In this document: positions 1 through 13,297 of the stretch, in pieces
Numbering within the stretch: the first letter of the stretch is position 1
How the letters are laid out: every line of letters begins with the position of its first letter
Origin: Geosiphon pyriformis uo1
Lineage: Eukaryota > Fungi > Glomeromycota
Length of the DNA stretch: 64,000 nt
Assembly: GCA_016748015.1 (NCBI GenBank)
Contig: JAAOMT010000661.1
Location: 1 to 64,000, forward strand
Direction: 5' to 3'
Program-made: the position numbers and the translations under genes
Notes under the pieces: model-generated
The model's input: the letters and a program-made list of their open reading frames with translations, nothing else
What the model was told of the DNA's origin: nothing
The model's database searches: none

Positions 1-1389
1 AAATAATAAAAATGGTTAAACTCTGGCTTATGTCACATTTTATAAAAATAAAACGAAATATTTCCTTAAACAACTTTGTAAAAATTCCTTTCATTAATAA
101 TTTAATTTATTCTTTATTTAAAATAAATAAGTTAGATAATTTCTATTTATAGTATATATAATCAGAGATTTACCAAATTTTTTTAAGGAAAATTTAATAA
201 CAAACCTTTTTCTTTGATCAATGTTTACTATTAACAAAAATATTCATTTTAAAATTTTGTTCCTTGATACTTACATTTAGAGTCTTAAATTTTTTAACGG
301 AGATATATGGCTATTTTTTAGAAATTTGGCTTTTATTTCATAGTTAACGCTGAATAAAAGTAATGATGATACTAGATTATCTTCAAAAGAGTGATAGTAA
401 TCTAATTTTATTAAAATAAAAAGTCCTATCCACAATTCGCTAAAGAAACTCCAAGATATTTTAAATTACCAGAGTGTAAAACATGTCGTATGATTTAAAG
501 AAATGTTGAGAAAGAATATCCTGAACTTTTTATTTCGTTTTCTTAATTATTTATTCTTCAATCTGGACGTACTTTTCAGTTAATATTTTTAAAATCTTAT
601 TCTTGCAGAATGACAAATAGTATTTTAAAAATGAAAATATATGCTCTCGAATTAATGAATAGCGTTTAGAAAAAGAAAATTAATAAATTGTGACACTTTA
701 AAAAGATTTTTCTGCTTTTGCATTACAACAACTCATACATTCTCTTATTAGATTTAATTGGATTTCTCAATCATATTCTGCAAGATTTTCCGTAATATAT
801 CTAAATGAGGCTTCGTCAAATATCCTTTATTATTAATGCTCAAAATTCTATGAAAAATACAAGGATCTGAGACGCAAATTGCTTTTTCAGAATAAAATAA
901 ACATTTAGCAATGTTATTTAAATCTTTTCAATAGTTATTCTGTCGATATTTGATGTTAAAGATCTGCCATACAATTAAACTTCTAAATAGATAAATCCTA
1001 TGGAAGGTTCAAAAAGCTAATCAAGTATTGTCTTTCCGATTTTAAATTTATTGAGAATTGCATAATTGCTTTGGTAAACGAATTCAAAGATATAGATGAT
1101 GGTTTAATTAGAAAAGAAAATTCTTTTATTCCCTCTAATAGTTAGAGTATTGGTGATAACCGGGAACTAGATGAGAACAATAGTTAAAATCAACAGTTGT
1201 AAATGGTTTTAACAAAAAATCTTTTCGATATAAATAAGACCTGAAATTCATGGATTTTACTGAACGCTCATCTCTACTTTAAATCTTATAAAATTCAAAA
1301 TCGTTATAATTTTAAAGAATAATCTATAACTTAACGTCATACAAACGATAAATTTCAATCTTTAAACAGAAAATAACTTTTTGTAAAAA

Positions 1390-2395
1390 ATGGCAAATAT
1401 TTATTTATTTCTTTTCTCTCCAAGCCTAATTTTATTCATATTTCTCCTGAGAAGTACTATGGTCTTTGTTATCGCAGAAAACCAAAGGTGGTTTAATGAT
1501 TTTCAATAGAAAATGGTGTTAATTCTGAGTTAAATTTTCTAATTTACTCATATTTTGGGACTTTGAACTGGTATTTAAAATAATATTTTTTAGTCTCTCA
1601 CCACGAACACTTGCAGTTTCCTCTTCTTTGATCTCCACCAACACCACTACTTCCACTCTGGCAACTCCCACTGCATTGATCTTAAATAAAGCCAGCGGTA
1701 GTTCTAATGGTAACAACAACGGAAATGGAAATACAGGAAATGGAAATGGTAACAACAACGAAAATGGAAATGGAAATGGAAATTATAGCCATAATAACAA
1801 TTGCGGTACCTCAAGTGGAAATAATGGTAAAATCATGGCGACTTCCACTGCACTGCAATATTACGGCCCATGGAGAACTATAACTATTACAACTACTATA
1901 ATTATTTGGTAATTATTTTTCTATTAAAATAGATATTTAAATTATCTTAATGGGTTTCTAAATTATTCTGGTTTGGAATTTATCTAACAGGGGAGATGAA
2001 AAAAAGGTAAAGCGAGATTTAGATGTCGGGTAAGCATGAATTGATTTCATTTTGAAAGATATTGTATTGAATTTCGATTACTTAATCCAACGATATTACG
2101 CTGTAACATTTTATTTTTTATTTGTCCTCGAAATAGGCAAGCAACACCGACACCTGATTCACAACAACTATCATCCCCAGCGATGCAAAAATCAATAGGG
2201 AGTACTGCAACTCTTCAATCAATTCCAACACAAGATTCAAATTCAAAAACAACAGAAACTTCATTGGAACCGAAATCAACAAATAAAGTCTCGGCTTCTG
2301 CTGAAACTAGCAAACCCAAACTTATTAATTTTCAAATGGTTATTTATTTAGGAATTGCAATTACCGATTGGGTGTATTACCACTTATTTGATTGA
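1390..2395 (+). CDS. Secreted Ser/Thr- and Asn/Gly-rich protein, probably GPI-anchored (4 exons: 1390-1487, 1594-1908, 1991-2029, 2137-2395; 236 aa)
   Basis: ATG 1390 opens a hydrophobic signal peptide (MANIYLFLFSPSLILFIFLLRSTMVFVIA). Three GT-AG introns join in consistent phase to the ORF-track pieces 1628-1912 and 2183-2395. The protein has an NGNGN tract, a KVKR/D dibasic site in exon 3, an S/T-rich stalk and a hydrophobic C-tail after SASA. Confidence 0.8.
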
Positions 2396-2565
2396 ATTTT
2401 TTTTTAATATAAAATGAATTTCAATCATGATTCTGGTTGTTATTTGGATTTAATCTAAAGAATAAATTTTTTTAACATTAAAATCAAAATAATTTATTTA
2501 TAATAGATTTCAAAAGTATAGTTTTGATAAAAACTTTAAAAAGCGAAACTAGTTTTATCAAGCGG

Positions 2566-2594
2566 GGATGTGGATGTGGATGTGGATGTGGATG
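2566..2594. repeat. (GGATGT)n hexamer microsatellite
   Basis: ggatgtggatgtggatgtggatgtggatg read directly. Confidence 0.9.
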
Positions 2595-4629
2595 ATATTA
2601 TATTTTTCAATAGAAACTACCTATGACGGAACATATGATTTGAGTTAATTTGAATAAAAGATATATTTAAAATGAAAATAAATGGGTAACCTAACTTTTT
2701 TTACATTTCATTTGGTAGAATATCTTTTTATTAGATTATTAATTATTCCGGATTTATAATTTATTAACCGAAAATGGTTAGGTAAAAATCATAAAAAATA
2801 TTTGGCGTTTAAAATTTTAATTAATTAGTCTCATTAAAAAATAAAAATATTCATGGGGAAAATTTTGTTGATTATCCTTTTCTTAACAGTCAAAAAAGCT
2901 TGCAATCTTTTTAATATCTTTTTTTTTATTATATAATACCAATATATATATTAGCTCAATGTTGCTTTTTATAGTTTTCTTTACCTGAAAATTTAAATTT
3001 AATTAATTTTGAGAGAGATTTGAAATCTATTTGTCTTAAAATAATTTTGATAAATTTTAAAACATTGGGAAAAAAATTTCTTTTATAAATGAAAAGCCTT
3101 AATGTCAAAAGACAATATCAATTAATAATTTTATACAATAGCGATATCTTTTCATAGCAATGATTTCTTTATTCGTCTACATAACTCCCTGTTTTTAAAT
3201 ATCCTCTGCTTCCCGTTGATAATGTTTTAATATAAATTTAGAATATAAGAAATTATTTTTTAACCAATTATTTAGGAATTTTTGCTGATAAAAATAATTT
3301 CTCATAGTATACAATTAGAATTATCATTTTTAATAAGCTGACTAAAAAATTCTCATTAAAAATTATCAGTCCTAAAAGAGTTAGCTTTAAGAATTGAAAA
3401 AAAATTATATTTGAAAGGTGTTTATATTCATCATTTTAAAATACTCAGATCTCATATTCAATTTTAATTTTAATGATTCAGTTTTTCCTGGGATACTTTC
3501 CAAATGAAAATTAATTTCTTATGTTTCATATTAAACTTTTACTCAACATATTATAAATATAATTGATAAATCATTTCCTTACTAACTTGATTATCTTAAA
3601 GAGGTTGAAACTCACTAAATTAGATGAATTTTTAGCAATCTATAATTCAAATACCTGCATAAATAGTAAGAATCGTTATTGCGAAAACATATAGATTAGA
3701 TTTTTATAAATTTTTTTACTAAATATCTCTTATCAAAGAATGAAAAATTTATTGAACCTTGATTATGCAGCGGATGTCACCTACTAAAAGGATCAGATTC
3801 TTGAAGATATACTTAATAAGATTCTCGATCCTTTTAAGTTTCAGTAAACGGATCATGCAATGATCACAAAGCTGATACAATTATTAGTTAGTGACTTACA
3901 TGATAAAGTAATTTATCATAGAAAAGAATAGTAGCTATGATTATGCGATGCATTAATAAATCAAGAAAATTAAAAAATTTTTATTGTTTTTTTGTTTTAA
4001 AAGATGCACATCATAATGAATTAAAATTCGTTTTACTTTTAATTCTATATATATACAATTGTATTTCTTCTAATACAAACTAGACGATAGTAATTGAACC
4101 CCCAAATATTTGGAATTACTACAATGTGTATCATGTAAACAATTTTCCAAGCATCCGATCGATTTAAGAGGAAAGGGACTAGTATATAAAGAGACTGGAA
4201 CACCTGGGAAAGACAAAAATCTTATATTTTTCTTGCAAACTCTAACAAATCTTTTGTCAATCCAAAAAAATAAAAAGGAATATTCCCAAATATAAACAGT
4301 ATAAAACGCAAAGAAAATATTTTCTTTGCGAAAAAATATTTATAACGTGATTCAAAAGAAGGTTCATCTTTTTCCTTTTCTTTTCTTGTTAATTGTTCTT
4401 GACCTTTTCTAACAATATCCGTTTTTCTATTGCTTTCTTCTTAAAAATTCATATATATTCCTTTCCATTATATCTATTTCTAAAGTCACAGTCATTATAA
4501 AACAAAGTCTTTCTATTCTCCTTTAATTTCCTACGGAAAAAAAATATTCTAAAATTAATTTACTTACCCTACTTAATATGAATCAAGATATTAATCAAAG
4601 CAATATTGCTACTCCTTCGATAATTTCTT

Positions 4630-4995
4630 TTGATAATACGACATCAATCTGTTCATGGGATAGTTATTCCTCATTATCAATTACGAGAAAAATCTCATGG
4701 TACCATCGAATATAGTATGATTTTTCCACCAATGAAGAAACTCAACATTGGTGCTTACGTCACGATTCCATTGCAAATCCGATTTCTTCAGCTCGGTCTC
4801 AATCTAGAAAGAGTAGAGGTTTAACTTCTGAAATTCATGGAATTTCGTTCTAATAATCCTAATGAGTCTCGTCATTCTAAAGAAACTATTGCATCATTGA
4901 TAATTCCTCGTCATGAGCTTCGTTATCTACAACCAGTTCTGGTTAATCATAATGATCGAGAATGTGTGTGCGATCAGAACGAAAAATATGCATAA
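4630..4995 (+). pseudogene. Fragment resembling a fungal arrestin C-terminal domain
   Basis: IEYSMIFPPMKKLNIGAYVTIPLQIRFLQLGLNLERVEV*LLKFMEFRSNNPNESRHSKETIASLIIPRHELRY reads through one in-frame TAA. Beta-strand pattern resembles arrestin-C; no N-terminal domain seen. Confidence 0.45.
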
Positions 4996-5015
4996 CTTTT
5001 AGTCTGGATTGGTTA

Positions 5016-5372
5016 GGGTGGCTAGTCACACGTAGACAACGCGTGATTCACGTTTACTTTGAACATGTATACGTTTCATCTTAGTAAATTGTGATTGTAC
5101 TACACTCGCATGAGCATAATAATAATAATAATAATAATTGACCCGGAAATAAGCTTAATTTTTTCATGTAAAATATTAATTTGAAAAGATTATAGTAAAA
5201 TTTCAAGAATTATACTCTTAAATCTCAGTATGAATTTTAAAATTCGAGGTTCTTGAAATTTTTTAAATTCTTTTTTTAACTAAGTGTGTTCCAACTGCTA
5301 AGTACGATTACATAGCATAAATAATATATAGTAGAAGTGGTTCACGTATTTTCTACATGTGACCAACCACCC
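5016..5372. mobile_element. MITE-like element with ~31-bp imperfect terminal inverted repeats (GGGTGGCTAGTCAC...)
   Basis: Left end gggtggctagtcacacgtagacaacgcgtga is the imperfect reverse complement of right end tcacgtattttctacatgtgaccaaccaccc. Non-coding interior; the same terminus recurs at 33399. Confidence 0.7.
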
Positions 5373-8300
5373 GGATAAATATTATCTATCTAACAAACCA
5401 AACTAAAATAAACTTCAAATTCCTGTTCATTATAAACATGTTTGCACATTTATTCTTGTGTTGCATCCACGCGAAATTTTATCTTATTATTCTGTAATTA
5501 CCATATCTCTCATAACTTATCAAAACTAATTATAATTGACTTACTGTTCATACTATAGGCATTTAATGAATAAGCTTTGCATTTATTTTTAGATTGGTTA
5601 AAACCCTTAAGCAAACCAGTAATTGAATTAGAAATACATTTAATTTGCATCTTCAAAAAGGTAAAATGGGCTTTAATGTTCATGATAAAGTTTTATTCTA
5701 ACAGCAAAAATAAAAATGACTAAATCCACCTAGAATTCTATCTTTTTAACTACAAATTCTACCAGATTAGACAGATTTTGCAATTTGAATTCTAAAAACT
5801 CTAATATAAATTTATGCTTCTTATTATTGACAATATTAAAAAAACTCATGTGATAATAGAAAAACAACAGTCTTAACATAGAATATTAAACCAGCAAACT
5901 GATTTACAGAAATCTGTTATAGAAAATAAATAATCATAAGAATTCTGAATTATTCTAAACCATTTTTAGTTAGCTTATTAATTTGGGTTATAAGCAGTTT
6001 GAAATTTCTCAAATATAAAAAAGAAGATTGGCTGGGCTTATTCTTAGTTTTTTAAGTAGATTAACATCAGTTGTAAATTAAAACTCATTGGTTAGTTCTT
6101 TGTTTTCTATTTAATTCTTCATTTTTTTTCGTATATTTACTTTTTTTTTTAATTACTTACTCTGTCTTCAAAAGTAATTGATTTTGTTCAAATTGTTAAA
6201 ACATTATAGGTAGTTAAACCAAAAAAATTCAGTTGAAAAAGGCATTTGCACAATTGCAAAATGTTTAAGTTTTTCTATCTTAAACTACTATTTTTAAATC
6301 AATTTAATTAAAAGTATTTAAATTTAATTGCATTTATTAACTACTTTAACAAAAAAACTGTTTATATGAACTTTTTAAGCTATTTCAGTTTCTATATTAA
6401 TTTATGCTAATTTCATTAAACAATATATTATTGAAACTAATACTTTAAATTTTGCTCTTATAGTTATTCTATCACAGTCAAAATTAAATGTTTAATTATA
6501 TTTTATTGGTTTTTATTTCTAAAAATATTTTTGCCCAAAAAATCAACTTTAAGATTTATAATAAAAAACTTTTGACAATTATTACTACTTTTAAATAATA
6601 GTATTATTTTATTAATGCTTAGCATTAAATTATTGTTTTTTATGATTATAAAATTTTTTAGTATTTTATAATAATACAAATATTTAACTAGTATTAAATT
6701 TAATAGTCAATTTTTGTAACAAATTTTAATTTTAAAATTTATTATTAGTTTAGTTTTATTATAGAACAAAACAGATGTTTTTTTACATTGTTAAAAATTC
6801 AAATCTAAAAAAAATAATAAATTTCATAATTAGTAAAAAACTAGATTGCTTAAAATTAAACATTTTGAAATATTGTTTTTTTTTTATGTGTAAACTTAAA
6901 GTTTTTAGAAATAATCAAATAATTTACAAATATTGATAATATGTTTAAAAAATTCTTAATAATCTTCCAAATTTTAATTTATCAATCACAAGATATAGAT
7001 ATTTTAATAAACTTTTATTTTATAATAATTAAATTTATGTTTTAAAAAGTTTAAAATAGTTATAATTTATAAAAAAAGCCATGATAATCTGTTTGCTAAG
7101 CATTTTAAAATTAGTAAAATTTTTAAAGTAATTACTAAAAATTTTTGGTAGCTATAGCGAAAAAAGTTTGTTAAAAATTATATAAAGTTGTATAATATTT
7201 GTTCTAAATTTATTATTAAATTTTTAGTTTATTATAATTTTTAATCATTTTAAACGTTCTTGAAAATTAATTTTTATTGATTTTATAATAAATTTATCTA
7301 TAATTAAAAAAATTCAATTTTGGCAATAATAAACTATTTAATTAAAATAGCTTATTTTATTTTATATTTTAAAACCAAAAATTTAGAAAAAACAGCTTAA
7401 TTAATCTTTTATAATATTGTTAAATTACATAATTTTTCAAATAAAATTATTTTAGATTGTGGCTTTTAATTTCTGTTTTAATTTAACACCATTTTTTAAA
7501 ATTTTTTGGTACTAATATTTTTTTCAATTTTAATATTTTACTTTTAAATCAATAAGCAGATTAAACATACCAACTAAATTCTAAACAGTATTTAATGTTT
7601 TGTAAATTATCAACAGAATAATTGGCTTAATTTATTATTAATAACAGAATTTATATATAACAACATTTTCTAAATTTTAATTAAAACAATATTATTTCTT
7701 ACTAATTATATGTAAAATTTTTGATTTAGTATTTTTATGTTAAAAAGTTAATATACTTTATTGCTAAAAAAAATATTATTGAAATTAAAAAAATTAAAAA
7801 TTTTTAATCTTTGAACTTAAAAACAGTTTTAATAAATATATAAAAAAGATATATAAATATTGTTAAGAAGTACTTATATTTAACGTACTGTAAATAATAA
7901 AGTTTGGTTTTTAAAAAACGATATTAAAACAATCTAGCTTTATGAAAAGCTATATTATAAAAAGTTTGGCCTATTTTAATAACTTATTAGATTAATTCTG
8001 TAATTTATAAGTTGAAATTGCTAAAATATTTTAAGATTTATAATATTTTTATGTTTTTTTACTTATATTTTATTTTACTCAAATTTTTATTTATTCAACT
8101 TAAAAATAGTATTAAGTTTAAAGTTAATAAAAGTTTGAATTCTAAAAAAATTAAAATATTTAGTTTCTTAAAAAAAAAATTTATTTAAGAAATTTTCAAA
8201 TATATAATAAATACATCTTAATTATTTCAAGTATTTTATGTTAAATATATGCTTTAATAAAAAAATATTATTTAAAAAGAAAATAATGTTAAGAAAAATA

Positions 8301-8754
8301 GATAATTATAGACATTCTAAACTGTTTTGAGATTTTTCAAATATAAAAAAACTGGCTGAACCTGTTTTTAGTTTTTTGAGTAAATTAACATTAATTTTAA
8401 ATTAAAATCTCTTGTTTAGATTTTTGTTTTGTAACTAATTTTTTAATTTCTCTTGTAAATTTACTTAATTATAACAAAATCTTAAATACAACAGAAAACT
8501 TAAAAAAAGCTTTAATAGACTAAAAAACAGTTTTGTAATTAATAAAAAATAACTTAAATTTTAAATTTTTTAACAATACCAATATTTAAGAGTTTTTTCT
8601 CAAATAATACTCTTTTTCAAAACACTAATTTTAATAACAGAAGTATTAAAAGCTTTTTTAAAGTTAAAAATAACAATAACATATTTTTGCTAATAATTAA
8701 ACTCAAAAAACTAGAAAATAAAACAAATTCAATTATGTATTTAAGTAATTATAT

Positions 8755-9390
8755 TGTTACAGTCGGATGTAATATGCTAATAGATAGCAAAAAAAAACAG
8801 TATTATATAACAATAAAAATAATTAAAAAGTAATTTAACTTTAATAAATAAATTAAATTAGTAAAAATTTATTATGTAAAAATCTCATAAATATTTCAAT
8901 TGCTATTTTTTCAAAAAAGTAACAAAAGAATTTGAAAGTAGAGAAATAATTTATACTGTTACAAAAAATAACATATTAGTATAATTCTATGCTTCATATT
9001 AGCACTTTTAGAATTCAATATTAAATATTATAATAAATATTTATTCAATATACTTTTTAAAAATTAACAATTAAACAAATTAAAAAAAGAAAAAAATAAA
9101 TAAATAGTAAAAAAAAATAAAAAAGTAATATTATTGTATTGATTTTTGCTTTAATTAAATTTTTAATCTGAATATAAATAATTTTTTATAGTTTTAAAAA
9201 GTTTTGCTTATATATTTTTAAAAAAAAATCAATGATTAAATTAATAATTTCATCAATAATTTAATTAATAATTAAGTTATTAATAACTATTTTTAAAAAT
9301 AAAATGGCTAATTAATAATATTAGTAATTAATATATGTAACTAATTATGGCTAAATAAATAAATAAAACTAAAAAGTTTCAATTATGATA
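8755..9390 (+). mobile_element. LTR-like repeat, copy A (probable solo LTR)
   Basis: Starts TGTTACAG, ends ...gtttcaattatgata (decayed TGTAACA/TGTGACA). Aligns along its length to the reverse complement of 10759-11447. Confidence 0.6.
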
Positions 9391-10758
9391 TCATTTTTTT
9401 CAAAAATTAAATTCTAATAAAAAAATTTTATTTAAGAAAAATTCTGGAGTTTTTATTTTAAAGCTAATTAATTTGTTAAAATCTTTAACTAATAAAATAT
9501 AAAAAAGCTATATTAATGTTAATTTTGAATCCAAAAAACCAAAATTTTGTATAAGTATTTTGGCTTTTTTTATAATAATTAAAATTTTTGGGACATTTAA
9601 ATATATAATATCTAAGATTTTTGTTTGAATTGCTAAAATTGTTTTCTTTAAAAGCTTTATATTTTTAATAATTTTACTAGATCTTCTATAATATTTAAGC
9701 TGTTTTCAATATAAAAATTTTCTGTTTATAAGCAAATTTTTTATTATTATTTTTTCAAATATGTTAAAAAAAAGTATTTTAATAATTTTATATTTAAGCA
9801 TATATTTTTCTATCTTACTGCCAATTTTTTGTTTTTTTATAACAATTTTTTGAAAGTTAATAACAGAATATACTCTAATTTTATCTTTAATTTTTATTTG
9901 GTTTCTAATAGTAAACAAAATATTTGAATAGTTTTTTGTTTAATATTTGTAAATTATAAAAAAAATATTTTATAATTAAAAATACATCTGTTTTAAGACT
10001 AAAATAACTTTTTTATATCTGTTTTGGTATTTTATTAATAAATATTATAAGTATTATAATAACTAATAACCAATTATATTTTTTGTAATATTTTTTGATT
10101 TTTTATTATAAATAAGTCGATGACTAAATATTGTTCTATATTAATTTTACAAAATATAAGATTTATTATTCAATACTTTGTTGATTATAAATAATTTTTT
10201 TCGTCAACTTGAAAACTTGTTATTAAAAATATTGTTTTAATCTGATTTGCATTTAAGAATTAAGTTAATACTTAAAAAAAATGTTTAATATATTTTCTTT
10301 TTCTTGAGTTTTTTTTATTTTTTATAAGCAATTATTTATGTTTTTATTAAAAAATCTAAGATTATTTCAAGTTTTTATTGCAAAATGTCTTTATAATTTA
10401 GTTTAATATTTTTATAAAACATATTTCTTAATATTGGTTTTAATAAATAATATTGTTATGTATTTATAAAATAAGTAAAAAGATTCATAATTAATTATAT
10501 TATAATTTACTATTTTATAAACAAAAAATACTAAAAAAAAAATTTATTATATAAGTTTGTTTTTTTACTGGTTTTTTGCTAGAGTTTTACAAAGTGTTTA
10601 ATTAAAACATTTTATTAATCTATTGGTTTATAGATAAGAAAAAATGAGTTATAATATATGTCAAGTTTTTTTAAAATTTTTTTTATTTAAAAGTAGTTCT
10701 TAAAAATACCACTTCAAAAAATTAAAAAAATACTAAAAAATAAAGATATATGTAATAT

Positions 10759-11447
10759 TGTTACAGTTGAAACTCATAGTTTTTATTAGTTATTACATGT
10801 ATTAGCCACTAATATTACATAATTAGCCATCCTATTTTTAGATAATAATCAATAACTTAACTATTGACTTGATCATTGACTTAATTATTGACCTGATTGT
10901 TAACCTAATTGTTAATTACTTTTAATAGCTATATAAACAATAAGTTTTTCAGCTGTAGAAAAACATATAGCAATTGATCAAAAATAAATAAAATAACAAC
11001 TATTATCTCAATTCTTCTCTTATTTTTTATTCTCTTTTTTTTATTTTTAAATATTCGAACATCTTAGGATAAAAGATTATTTGTTGGCATTCATCTACTT
11101 TTTTCTTGAATTATATAATTGTAGCATTTAAAGATTATTAAATAAAATATGACTGAAGAGTATATTTAATACCTGATATTAATTTTTAAGAATACGAATA
11201 TGAAGCATAAAATTGTATCAGTGTGTTATTATTTGTTAACAATATAAACTATTTTTTTACCTTCAAATTTTCCAATTATCTTTTGAAAAAATTAGCAACT
11301 GAGATATTTTATGAGACTAATCTCACATATTGAATTCATATTTATTAAATTTGTTTTTTAAACTTGAATTTTTCTTTAATTTATTTTATTATTATACAAT
11401 TCTGTTTTTCTTTGCTATTTATTAACTTGCTACTTTAACCTATAACA
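10759..11447 (-). mobile_element. LTR-like repeat, copy B, inverted relative to copy A
   Basis: Plus-strand ends TGTTACAG...CTATAACA. Shared blocks with copy A include tatgcttcatatt, atggctaatt and tctcataaa. Confidence 0.6.
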
Positions 11448-13297
11448 ATCTTATTTATTAAATACAGAAAATACATTAAAAATTTACAAATAAAGATGAA
11501 AATACAATAGATTCAAATCTGTTTAATAATAAAACAATTCTAACTGCAATAAAAAAAGTATAATATGTAATAAATCTTTTATAATATATATAAGTTTAAT
11601 ACATATTTTTAATATTATTATTAATTATAAACTGTGCTTATTTATAATATAAAATTGATTAATTGTAAAATAATCAATAAAATTTTTTTACAAAAAAAGA
11701 ACATAAGCTAATTAATTAGATAAGTTGTTTTATTTTAAATATAATATTAATATTTTTATAAAAATACATATTTTTTCTTATTTAAATCAAATATTAAATT
11801 GTTATTAATAAGTTTATTTGCTAATTTTTTGTTTGTAAGCTATATTTTTATTTATTTTATTAAATAACAATAAAATAATCTCAAAAATATTACAAGTTTA
11901 TTAATTAAATATATTAAACAATAAAAAAAATTACAAAAAAACATAAAATAAATTAAATATTTACTATATATATACAGAAATTTTTTTATTTGAATATTTT
12001 AAACAAATATTAATAAATATTATTTTGTTGTTATATAAAACTATAATTTTGAAAAAAATAATTGAAGTTTTAAATTTTTGTTATACAAATAAGTAAAATT
12101 AAAGATAAAATATTTTTCGGTAAAACTTAATTAATTATTGTTTTAAGCAAATAAAATAAAAAATTGAAAAAAATAAATTATTAACTAATAAAATAATTGT
12201 GTTTAAATATACACCAAAAAAACTAAAAAATTACAAAAAAATAAGTTTTAGTTATATTATATAATTATGTTAATTTGTTGTTTTATTTTATTAAAATATA
12301 AAAATAGTTTTTTTTAAATAAATAATATATTTGTTCTATTAAAATTCTTATTAATATAAATCAAAATTGATAAAAACAAGTATTATAAATATAATAAATT
12401 ACTAAACTGTAATTGGTTTTAAATAATAATTAAGCTTTTATATTTAGTATATATTGTTTTTAAATATTATAAAACATAATATTAATTGATTATAAAGCAT
12501 TATTAAAAAAAGTATAACCATATATTAAATTTAAAAATAGTTTATTTATTTGAAATAAATTAAGTTAATCATTATATTAATATAAAATATAATTACAAAA
12601 AGACATAAGACTATTTTATATAAAATATAATTATATAATTTATATTAAGTCTATTTTAAAACTAAAAAACTATAGTATTATTAAAAGTATTTTAAAAAAA
12701 ATTACTAAATTAAAAAGTGTTTAAACACAAAAATATAGAATAATATAAATTTAACTTACTAATTTTTTTTATTATATTTAATAAATAAAATTTAAACACT
12801 ATCTAATATAATATATTAACTAAATAATTTAAACTAAATGTAAATTATATATTTATTATATATAATCAGTTATTTAAGCCAATTAAAATAATATTATGCA
12901 TTTATATACACAAAATTTATATTTTTATATTCAAAAAATAAATACAATTTGTATATATTAAAATTAACTCTAAATATTTTACTAATTTCAATCAGCTTAA
13001 CAATATCATTTAACAGCATAAATAATAAGCTAATAATAGCTAAAAGTATAGTTTTATTTAGCAGAATTATATTGTTTTTTTATAAAAGCTTAGTATTTAA
13101 AGTAAATAAACCAAATATTGTTTCTATAAATCAGCCCAAAACTATATACAAAGTTAATAATCTTATAACTAACAATTTTAGTGTTCTTGAAAACCAAAAA
13201 AAAACTTATAAAACCAGTTTTTAATAATATATTTTTTATATAAAGCAGAATATATAACAATATTAAACAAACACAAAGATAATAATTAAAATACATA

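Noticed and set aside
1519-1758. Minus-strand ORF, plus similar shadow ORFs (13513-13722, 34176-34379, 35885-36125, 44064-44258, 44625-44879, 49676-49906, 53076-53336)
   Set aside because: Antisense or off-frame shadows of better-supported genes or transposases.
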